32,000 nt of DNA from Candidatus Saccharimonadota bacterium (GTDB taxonomy: Archaea; Nanohalarchaeota; Nanosalinia; Nanosalinales; Nanosalinaceae): positions 870,001-902,000 of the forward strand of contig NZ_CP180230.1 of NCBI RefSeq assembly GCF_047555085.1, in the 5' to 3' direction. A program made the position numbers and the translations under genes. Position 1 is the first letter of the stretch; each line of letters starts with the position of its first letter. The notes beneath the pieces were generated by a model that saw only the letters and a list, made by a program, of their open reading frames with translations, was not told the DNA's origin and did not search any database. Positions 1-7,503 of this stretch are shown in pieces.

Positions 1-3000
1 AGTGATGTTGACAGCGCCAGGAGAGTAAGAGTTGTTTACTGGAGTTGAAACGTTCAGTTTCATCGATTCAAGTGCGGGGCCTATAGAGTCAGTTTCTTCA
101 AGTATGACCTCTCCATCGTTTCTGGTATTCCCAGCCAGATCTGAGATAGATGATCCTGATTTAAGGCCTGCTGTAAGCTGATCAAGATCTGTCTGTCTGT
201 CGAGACTGACATCTACCGTACAGTTCAAGTTACCGTCACCACATCCTCCGACGGAGAAAACTGCTGAGATATCCTCTTTTATCTCGAAATCGCTGCCGTC
301 GAAGCTGTACTCAATCCCTGCCTCATCATATACATCAAATCTGTAATCAGTAGCACCCAGTTTCCGGGAGTTATTGAGCACAGGCGCGGTATTATCTACA
401 ACGAGAAGATTCTCCGCTGAAGTTGAGGCCTGTCTCTGAACCTTATCACTAACTTCAACCTCAACAGTATAGTTCACGCCTCCAACAAGATTTTCAAGCT
501 GTGTGAACTTCACACCACCATCAGGATTAGATTCTGATTCCGAGATATTTCTCTTTAGACCTACCTGGCCAGAGCTATTCACAAGACGCACTACCGTCCA
601 GTCAGGATTAACTTCCTGATAACTGTAGTTAACAGAAAAGTTCTCTGAACTCTGAAGATAATTTTTAGATACAGGAACATCAATTGAAAGATCTGAAGGC
701 GAGTATCCATCTACTATAACAGCAGAGGCCTCTGAATCATTTCCTTTCTGGCCGATAGTATTCGTAAGATTCAACTCAAGATCATAGGTGCCATTAGACG
801 GCATTTTAGACGATGAAAAAGTTCTGGAGGCCTCTGTATTTTCACCTGAAGTTAGATCACTGAAGATCTGGCTTTGAGATCCTACAGTGATATTCAGCTG
901 ATCAGGATCATCCTCCGTGTAATTGAATAAGACTTCAAGGCTTTCTGTAGGCCTGACATATGCAGGATTTTCTCCCGTTGGCGACTTGATGTCTATCTGT
1001 GGAGGTTGCTTGACTACTTCTACAGCACCAAACTGTTCTGTAGTATTGGAGTTGCTGTTTGAAGATGTATCTGTGGCAGTGGCAGTTGCTGACTGTACGC
1101 CCGATGTCGCTGAGCTTTGTACAGTAGCATTCGTTCCATAAACGTTGCTTTCCAGCGTTCCATCCTGATCCCAGTCGTAGTTAGAAGCCTGTTCAGAAGT
1201 CATTGAGACAGATCCAAGCGAATCACCGAATCCGGAGAGGTTTGTCTCCACAGATGCAACTCCAGTTCCATCAGTCACTTTTGCAGAAACACGTACTTTC
1301 TCTCCTTCCTCCACGACGTCATCACCATCAAAATCTGTAAGGTTCTTCTCTGTTACTTCGGGCGGAACGTGATCCATATTCTGAATTATGACCCACCCCG
1401 AATCCTGAATATTTCCAGCTACATCTCTTATACTTCCTGTTATGCTGAAGTTCAGCTCCTCTGAATCAATCTTGTCTGAAAGAACTACCGTCGCATTCTC
1501 TTCATTCTCTCCTGTAGAAATACTGCTGGAGTTAACAGAGTTAATCTGGCCATAATCAACGCTGAAGGCCTCTGCTGTTATGGTAGAAGGATCAAGGCCT
1601 GTAGTATCATCCAGGAAAGATGCATTGAATGATGTGCTATTCACCTTGAATCCCTGATCAAGCGAGGGAGCTACTGTATCTTTTGTAGGTGTTTTAGATA
1701 CTGTGGAGCCCGTGTTACCTGCCTGATCTGTTGGAGTAACTTCAACTGTTATGGCTCCTTCATCAAGTCCAGAAACATCCAGACTGCCGCTGAATGTTCC
1801 TCCAGAGAACGTGAAAGTATCTGAAACAGTATTTCCGAGATCTGAAACACTGATCTGGACTTCACCGCTGTCATCATTTGTGACTGTGCCGTTTACTTTG
1901 AAATCAAGCTGTTCGCTCGAGTTAACTATGCCGTCCTCAGCAAGCGGCGTGTATATAGAGGCCTCAGGTGCAACAGTATCAACTTTGATCGTCTGTGATG
2001 TTTCATTAAAGCCTCTGTTTCCTGATCTATCTACTGCCTGTACCTTAAGCTTTACTCGGTCTCCATTAATAGTATCGACAGTATAGTTCGTATCCTGCGT
2101 TACAACAGGAGAGGAATACGTAGCACCATCATCTTTTGATATGTACACGTTGTAATAGTCTACTCCAGAAATAGCATCTGAAGCAGCCGTCCAAGTAAAG
2201 TTTGCGTCCTGATCATCATCATATCCTGGCTCAGCAGTTTCATCGTTGTGTGAAAGATCTGAAACATTATCAGGCTTGGTGCCATCGATGAAAACTGATG
2301 AAGATTCATTATCATTTCCTGAAAGGCCGGCAGAATCGTTCATACTGATATTTAGATCATATTCTCCTTCTCCAGGAAGCTCAGAACTGTCCAGAGTTCT
2401 ATTGACATCAACATCAGTTCCTGATGTGAAACTGCTGAAAATTCTTGACTCCGGGCCTACAGTGATATTAACATCCTCAGGATTTTTCTCAGTATAAGTG
2501 AAGTTTATTTCAAGGCTTTCACCCGGCTGCAAGTATCTAGGAGACTGTTTTAACGGATTATCTATTTCCACTTCAGGAGGCGTGTTATCGATCTCCAGAC
2601 TCCCGAATTCAGAAGTTGTGTTGCTGTTAGAAGAGTTGTCCTCTGCTGTAACCCACGAGGAAAGGTCTACACCATCTTCAGCCGACTCTGGCACAGTTAC
2701 ATCGACACCATAAACTTCCTGATCCAGACTCGAATCATCATTCCAGTCCTGAGAGGCAGAGGCTTCCGAAATCATTGTTTCATAACTCAAGCCGAACTCT
2801 GTAAGATTTGAATCTACCTGCGATACCTTGACGCCGTCAGTAACGTTCGCATAAACTCTGAGCGTGTCACCACCAGTAACTATCCCATTGCTATCAGTAA
2901 AGTCCTCAAGATTGAAGGCCTCTATATTTGGCGGAACGCCGTCCATGCTCTTCACAGTAACAGTGTCACTGTCTCTCTGATTACCTGCCATGTCGGAGAC

Positions 3001-5454
3001 GTTGTCTCCTGACTTCAGGCCTGCACGGATAGAGTATATATCAACTTTCGAGTCGAGAGTTGCCGTCACTGTACAGGCCTGATCTTCATCGTTACAGGCG
3101 CCCAGTGCGAAGCTTCCTGAGACTCCAGATGTCTTGAACTCGAAGTCAGAGGCCTGTACAGTCGAGGAGTTCAGACCTATATTATCCGACACTTTGAAAT
3201 CGAACTCCTGAAGATCTACTTTACTGGACTCATTCAGTACAGGCTTTGTATTATCTATAGTCAGCAGGCCTGTCTCAGTGGTTGAGTTAGTGTTTCCTGC
3301 ATCATCCTGTGCAAATAGCGTAATGTCATAGGTTTCTCCCTCTGAAAAATCATGACTCTGATTGTCTAGGTATATATCCTCTGAACTGCTTGGATCCGAA
3401 CTGCTCTCGGAAAAGTTCCTCTCGGCATCAAGATTTCCATCTTGATCAAAGAAACGGAGTTCTGTAAAGAAAGGATTCGTTTCATTATAGCTGTACTCAA
3501 CAGTCAAATTCTCTTCAGAACGGAGGTATACCTGTGACTCAGGAGATATAATCGACATATTGAAAGGCGGAGTAGTATCAACTATGAAGCTTTCAGATAC
3601 AGGATCAGCATCGTTTCCAGCCTGATCCTCCGCTTCTATATCGACTGTTACAGTTCCTTCGCTAAGGCTGTCTGCTCTCTGAGAGAAGTCAAATATAATT
3701 TTATCCTGATTCTGTACAGTAACTCCGTTGGTCTGGCCTACAGTTCCATCGATTACTGTTCCAGTGCTGTCTGTAACGGTTACGTTGGTACTGGTGTTTA
3801 ATCCACTGGTTTCTTCAGTGAAGTTGGCTTCAAATACAGGTTCAGAAGTTGAAACTGTAGAGATGTTTAGCTGTCCGAAAACCGGTTTCACTGTATCCAC
3901 TGTCAGGGATCCGAAAGTATTGGTTGTGCCAGAGTTACCTGCCGAATCATCAGCAGTTATAGTGGTCGTCTTTGAGGCACCGTCGGATGTTGAAGCGCCG
4001 TCTACAGTTGCATTGGTTCCATAGATATCTGATTCCAAAGTTCCGTCGCCATCCCAGTCAAAACTTGCGGAAACTTCATCCGTCATAGATACAGATGAAC
4101 CAGCTCCGAACTCGCTAAGATCTGCTGTAACAGATGTTATATCAGATTCGTCAGTAACATTTGCATAAACTGATACTTTGTCACCGTCTTTCAGGGCGCC
4201 GTTGAAATCAGTCCTGTCAACAAGGTTTTTCTCCGAGATAGATGGAGCTGTTGTATCCGGTTCAGGGCCTTCCAGTCCATACAAACGGCTGTCCCACGAG
4301 GTGAAGTACACCTCATTATCCACTACCGCAGATGAAGAATATGCTATCTCACGGCCTGTTTCATACTCCCAAAGTACATTGAACGTATCAGTATCTACAG
4401 CGTAGAAGTAACCTGAACCTGTAACAAGATCCAACGTACCGACATAAAGCACACCATCTGCTACCGAAGGTGAAGATCTTGCTCCATTAGGAATACTTCC
4501 TGTCACATAGCTACCATCAGTTGCATTGAACTTTGCAATATTACCGCTCGAATCAGTAACATACAGAGAACCATTACTGTAGGCAGGACTGCCTACTACA
4601 CCTCCACCAGGAGTTACAGGACCCCATTCTTTAGTCCCGCTGATAAGATCAAATGCGGAGACCTCACCATCATCAGTAACAACATAAATTGTATTATTAA
4701 CAACTGTAGGAGAATTTCCTCTGGTCGGATTATCAGAACCAGGATCGCTCGTCTGTAAAGTCCAGTTAACATTCCCTGTAGTTCTATTAAGCACAACGAG
4801 ATTATTTGCCTGATCGAAAACAACAACCCTCTCTTCAGTGACAGCAGGCGTAGAAGCAACTGCAACACCAGTACTATATCTCCATACTTCAGAAAGATTC
4901 TCTTGATAGAAAGCGTAAGTATCATTAGTCCCACTGGAAAGAGACACATAACCCATCTCACCTTTCAGAGAAATCGAACTTTTTACATCGCCTCCCAGCT
5001 CACTATTCTGTATACCAAAATCAACAGAACCATTCTCCTTCCAAATCGAGAAAAGGCCTCTATCACCATCGCCATTAAGGGTAGCCGCAAATACCTTGTC
5101 CTGAGTAATAGCAGGCGCCCCCTGAATCTCACCTCCAGTACTGACCCTCCATCTTTCAGAACCGTTATCCCTCCAAACAGCTCCAACATCTCCATAATTA
5201 CTTCCAGAATACACTGTATCCTCGTCAACAACAGGTCCGGAATAAACCGCATTCGCTCCAAAATTAAAAACCCATGAAGTATAATCAGAACTCTTGATAC
5301 CTACACCATCAGAATAACCAGTATTATTGGAATTCTGCTGGAACTGAGGCCAGTCGATAGAAGCTGTTAAACCAGCAAAAACAACGACAAAAACAAGCAA
5401 AAGGCCTAAAGACAAAAACCTGCTAAAAGACTGCTTTTCAGAGAGGCCCAGCAT
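1..5454 (-). CDS. Giant secreted/cell-surface protein. N-terminus is in the window and the C-terminus lies beyond the left edge. Architecture: signal anchor, PQQ/BamB-like beta-propeller, then at least 13 Ig-like beta-sandwich modules
   Basis: Hand translation of the minus strand from the ATG at 5452-5454 stays open to position 1 (5454 nt = 1818 codons). I spot-checked the frame at 1-60, 1141-1200 and about 3700-5454. It is missing from the ORF track because it has no in-window stop. N-terminus MLGLSEKQSFSRFLSLGLLLVFVVVFAGLTASIDW is a signal/anchor. PQQ-like propeller blades include TIYVVTDDGEVSAFDLISGTKEW, GSLYVTDSSGNIAKFNATDGS, GVLYVGT..GYFYAVDTDTFNVLWEYETG and EVYFTSWDSRLYGLEG. After these come repeated 100-125 aa modules ending in [VI]D[NT]T.P-type boundaries (VDTVKP, VDTTPP, IDNTKP, IDNTPP, IDGTKP, VDTVAP, VDNTAP). 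Confidence 0.85.
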   Translation of the reverse strand, partial: MLGLSEKQSFSRFLSLGLLLVFVVVFAGLTASIDWPQFQQNSNNTGYSDGVGIKSSDYTSWVFNFGANAVYSGPVVDEDTVYSGSNYGDVGAVWRDNGSERWRVSTGGEIQGAPAITQDKVFAATLNGDGDRGLFSIWKENGSVDFGIQNSELGGDVKSSISLKGEMGYVSLSSGTNDTYAFYQENLSEVWRYSTGVAVASTPAVTEERVVVFDQANNLVVLNRTTGNVNWTLQTSDPGSDNPTRGNSPTVVNNTIYVVTDDGEVSAFDLISGTKEWGPVTPGGGVVGSPAYSNGSLYVTDSSGNIAKFNATDGSYVTGSIPNGARSSPSVADGVLYVGTLDLVTGSGYFYAVDTDTFNVLWEYETGREIAYSSSAVVDNEVYFTSWDSRLYGLEGPEPDTTAPSISEKNLVDRTDFNGALKDGDKVSVYANVTDESDITSVTADLSEFGAGSSVSMTDEVSASFDWDGDGTLESDIYGTNATVDGASTSDGASKTTTITADDSAGNSGTTNTFGSLTVDTVKPVFGQLNISTVSTSEPVFEANFTEETSGLNTSTNVTVTDSTGTVIDGTVGQTNGVTVQNQDKIIFDFSQRADSLSEGTVTVDIEAEDQAGNDADPVSESFIVDTTPPFNMSIISPESQVYLRSEENLTVEYSYNETNPFFTELRFFDQDGNLDAERNFSESSSDPSSSEDIYLDNQSHDFSEGETYDITLFAQDDAGNTNSTTETGLLTIDNTKPVLNESSKVDLQEFDFKVSDNIGLNSSTVQASDFEFKTSGVSGSFALGACNDEDQACTVTATLDSKVDIYSIRAGLKSGDNVSDMAGNQRDSDTVTVKSMDGVPPNIEAFNLEDFTDSNGIVTGGDTLRVYANVTDGVKVSQVDSNLTEFGLSYETMISEASASQDWNDDSSLDQEVYGVDVTVPESAEDGVDLSSWVTAEDNSSNSNTTSEFGSLEIDNTPPEVEIDNPLKQSPRYLQPGESLEINFTYTEKNPEDVNITVGPESRIFSSFTSGTDVDVNRTLDSSELPGEGEYDLNISMNDSAGLSGNDNESSSVFIDGTKPDNVSDLSHNDETAEPGYDDDQDANFTWTAASDAISGVDYYNVYISKDDGATYSSPVVTQDTNYTVDTINGDRVKLKVQAVDRSGNRGFNETSQTIKVDTVAPEASIYTPLAEDGIVNSSEQLDFKVNGTVTNDDSGEVQISVSDLGNTVSDTFTFSGGTFSGSLDVSGLDEGAITVEVTPTDQAGNTGSTVSKTPTKDTVAPSLDQGFKVNSTSFNASFLDDTTGLDPSTITAEAFSVDYGQINSVNSSSISTGENEENATVVLSDKIDSEELNFSITGSIRDVAGNIQDSGWVIIQNMDHVPPEVTEKNLTDFDGDDVVEEGEKVRVSAKVTDGTGVASVETNLSGFGDSLGSVSMTSEQASNYDWDQDGTLESNVYGTNATVQSSATSGVQSATATATDTSSNSNSNTTEQFGAVEVVKQPPQIDIKSPTGENPAYVRPTESLEVLFNYTEDDPDQLNITVGSQSQIFSDLTSGENTEASRTFSSSKMPSNGTYDLELNLTNTIGQKGNDSEASAVIVDGYSPSDLSIDVPVSKNYLQSSENFSVNYSYQEVNPDWTVVRLVNSSGQVGLKRNISESESNPDGGVKFTQLENLVGGVNYTVEVEVSDKVQRQASTSAENLLVVDNTAPVLNNSRKLGATDYRFDVYDEAGIEYSFDGSDFEIKEDISAVFSVGGCGDGNLNCTVDVSLDRQTDLDQLTAGLKSGSSISDLAGNTRNDGEVILEETDSIGPALESMKLNVSTPVNNSYSPGAVNIT
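90..4260 (-). repeat. Intragenic domain-level repeats inside the giant surface-protein gene
   Basis: Three copies of a ~125-aa module lie at about 1000-1370, 2565-2938 and 3880-4260. Compare ..KVRVSAKVTDGTGVASVETNLSGFG..SEQASNYDWDQDGTLESNVYGTNATV, ..TLRVYANVTDGVKVSQVDSNLTEFG..SEASASQDWNDDSSLDQEVYGVDVTV and ..KVSVYANVTDESDITSVTADLSEFG..DEVSASFDWDGDGTLESDIYGTNATV. Three further ~100-aa modules each occur twice: about 700-1000 vs 2270-2565, about 400-700 vs 3240-3560 (L.V.YSY.E.NP) and about 90-400 vs 2940-3240 (paired Cys, AGLKSG...D.AGN). The copies are divergent at the nucleotide level. Boundaries are approximate. Confidence 0.7.
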
Positions 5455-5582
5455 ACGTTAAATATACTTTTTGCTGGTTTTTATTCTTCAGCCCTGAAAC
5501 GGGAAATAGGACAATTTCAAAGCCATATACAGGCCTTTCAAAGGAACTAAAAGCAAGAAATTAGAAGCAAGTCAAATCGAAT

Positions 5583-6839
5583 CTATTTCATACTTCTGTA
5601 ACGGGCGATGAGAGATTTTCTGTAAACATACATCAGGGCAGCCAGAATCACTGCAATTACAGGAACGGCAACTTCAGATGGCTGAGAGGAGAAAAACCCG
5701 GTCAATCGATTCCTAGGCCTCTCCTGCTGCATGTCATCCTGCGCCTCATCGTTTCCCTCTAACTCATTATCCGTAATATTTTCAGGTTCCTCTCGATCAG
5801 AAGCCTCAGAATCCTGCTCATCACTCCGTTCAGATGTATTCTCCTCTGTTTCACTTGTATCATTTTCTGATTCAGTGGTACTCTCGGAGGCCTGCTGTGG
5901 ATCAAATTCAATCCATCCCGATCCTCCATCGCTGGATTCCGAGCTGGCATCCTCCTCAGGTGCAAAAGCTGCATAAGTCGAGAAGTGAGAGACACTGGCC
6001 TCAACAACATTTGACGCAGTATCTCTGTTTACAACAGTTACGCCATCCTTAGTCCACTCCTGAGAAGTCTCATTGAAGAAGTAGACGCTCATAGAGTCCT
6101 CATCAAGATTATTCTGGTTAATGGTCTGTTGGCTGTAACCTATGGAAACAGTTCCATTAGCCTCGGCATCGTCGCCATTATCATCTTTAACCTCTATACC
6201 AACACCACCTACAAAATTACGGTTTTCAGGCGGTGAAACCGTGGTCTCCTCATACCTTTCAACAGTTACATTCTTACCCGAAGAAGTCTGGACGGAAACC
6301 GAGCTACTTCCTACCTTGACCTCGGCAGAATTGTCAGCACCGACATCACTACTGTTTGTCTCAGCTGCAAATCCGGGATTTGAACGTACATCGAACTCAA
6401 ACTCAAAACTATCAGGACTAATCCTTCGATCAGCTTCAACCTTGATCTCCAGAGAATTCTCTGATTCAGCACTTAAATTCTCATCCTCAGTATCAATACC
6501 GCCAACGTAAATCAAATTACCTTCAGTCAACCTTTTCTTGAAACTGAGATCTCTCACACTCCCCGAATCCTCCAGACTACCGGTCAAATCAAACTCTGCT
6601 CCAAGACTTTCTCCAGTCTCAAAGTTCGTGGACTCATTCTCAACAGTAACTCTGAGGCCGAAAGGAAGATCTCTGTCAGCCTCACTAGTGAAGTTAATGG
6701 TTTGATTAAAGCTTTCCCCACCTGTCAAACTCCTCTCAAAATCTTGTTCAGGACTGTATTCAAAATTCTGAAGCGATTGAGCAGAAACAGCAGTCAACAA
6801 TACCAAAATCAAGAAAGCCAGTAAAATAGTCTTTCTCAT
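5583..6839 (-). CDS. Acidic cell-surface protein with Sec-type signal peptide, PGF-pre-PGF-like beta domain, Ser/Glu/Asp-rich linker and C-terminal transmembrane anchor
   Basis: 418-aa ORF. N-terminus MRKTILLAFLILVLLTAVSAQS is a signal peptide. SVYFFNETSQEWTKDGVTVVNRDTASNVVEASVSHFSTYAAFAPEE resembles the end of archaeal surface-protein pre-anchor domains. An acidic low-complexity linker follows. The C-terminus LTGFFSSQPSEVAVPVIAVILAALMYVYRKSLIARYRSMK is a TM helix plus basic tail. Its ATG (6837-6839) overlaps the upstream gene's TGA (ATGA). Confidence 0.8.
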   Translation of the reverse strand: MRKTILLAFLILVLLTAVSAQSLQNFEYSPEQDFERSLTGGESFNQTINFTSEADRDLPFGLRVTVENESTNFETGESLGAEFDLTGSLEDSGSVRDLSFKKRLTEGNLIYVGGIDTEDENLSAESENSLEIKVEADRRISPDSFEFEFDVRSNPGFAAETNSSDVGADNSAEVKVGSSSVSVQTSSGKNVTVERYEETTVSPPENRNFVGGVGIEVKDDNGDDAEANGTVSIGYSQQTINQNNLDEDSMSVYFFNETSQEWTKDGVTVVNRDTASNVVEASVSHFSTYAAFAPEEDASSESSDGGSGWIEFDPQQASESTTESENDTSETEENTSERSDEQDSEASDREEPENITDNELEGNDEAQDDMQQERPRNRLTGFFSSQPSEVAVPVIAVILAALMYVYRKSLIARYRSMK

Positions 6840-7369
6840 GATAGATCACCTTCAAAATCATAGTTCGAATCCATACAGGTTTGGGAATCAGCATCCCAGT
6901 CGATAGCTACAACTTTACCATCGCAAGGATCATCAGTGAAGTCAACAGAATCTATCACAAGCGAACTATCTGCCTTCAAGAAAACTTCTTCCCCACTATT
7001 CGCCAGCCCATAATGCCCTATTGAACTTACCTCTACATAACTAGGGATTTCCCGATCTGTCAAGTTCGCTCCTTCCTCAAGTATCAATGCATTTGCTTCA
7101 GAAGCTATAGTCAAATCAGGGAAACTCTCATTACCTGCTCTATCCCCAATCTTCCATCCCGAAAGAGTTACCTCAGAATTCGCAGGATTATACAACTCAA
7201 TATACTCAACACCTGAAACAGCCTCATAGTCTACTTCAACGATTTTTACAGCTGGCTCAACATCAGCTGTACCGCTGATTGTACCGAAATTTTCGATCAA
7301 TACTGCCGAACCCGCACCTACTAGAGCAAGCGCTCCGAAAACTGCGAAAATTTTAGCGTATTTCATCAA
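6836..7369 (-). CDS. Small secreted lamin-tail-domain (LTD) protein
   Basis: 177-aa ORF. LTD-like core: EYIELYNPANSEVTLSGWKIGD...LANSGEEVFLKADSSLVIDSVDF. The hydrophobic N-terminus carries the G-x-GSA-x-L-x3-FGT-x-SGTADV motif shared with the gene at 7504-8514. Translationally coupled (4-nt overlap) to the gene at 5583-6839. Confidence 0.8.
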   Translation of the reverse strand: MMKYAKIFAVFGALALVGAGSAVLIENFGTISGTADVEPAVKIVEVDYEAVSGVEYIELYNPANSEVTLSGWKIGDRAGNESFPDLTIASEANALILEEGANLTDREIPSYVEVSSIGHYGLANSGEEVFLKADSSLVIDSVDFTDDPCDGKVVAIDWDADSQTCMDSNYDFEGDLS

Positions 7370-7473
7370 ATAAGCGGCCCCAGGGAATGATCCTAGGAAA
7401 TGCCGAACACCGCTTCAGTCGAAACTACCTAAGGCGTTTCTCGAAAGGTCAAATCTTCATCTGATCTACCAAA

Positions 7474-7498
7474 CCTCTCAAAAGTAAAAAAGAGAGGG
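7474..7498 (-). terminator. Candidate terminator after the 336-aa secreted-protein gene (short hairpin plus T-runs)
   Basis: The minus strand just after the TAA at 7504 reads CCCTCTC-TTTTTTACTTTT-GAGAGG. This gives a 6-bp stem (7474-7479 / 7492-7497) with a T6-containing loop. Oligo-T tracts are the usual archaeal termination signal. Confidence 0.35.
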
Positions 7499-7503
7499 AA
7501 AAT

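Noticed and set aside
923-4405. Plus-strand ORFs of 71-111 aa (923-1141, 1751-2086, 2246-2497, 2498-2713, 3728-4024, 4178-4405)
   Set aside because: All lie antisense to the continuous 1818-codon minus-strand frame. Their products are Ser/Thr/Pro/Val-rich shadows with no motifs and no plausible start context.
4614-5261. Minus-strand ORFs 4614-4961 and 4983-5261, and plus-strand ORF 4903-5277
   Set aside because: They are out of frame with, and fully inside, the beta-propeller region of the giant gene. Their Leu/Ile/Arg-rich composition is unlike every confident protein in the window.
5586-5715. Canonical PGF-CTERM archaeosortase signal at the C-terminus of the 418-aa protein
   Set aside because: The tripeptide is TGF, not PGF, and the spacing to the TM helix is longer than usual. 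I report it only as PGF-CTERM-like architecture.
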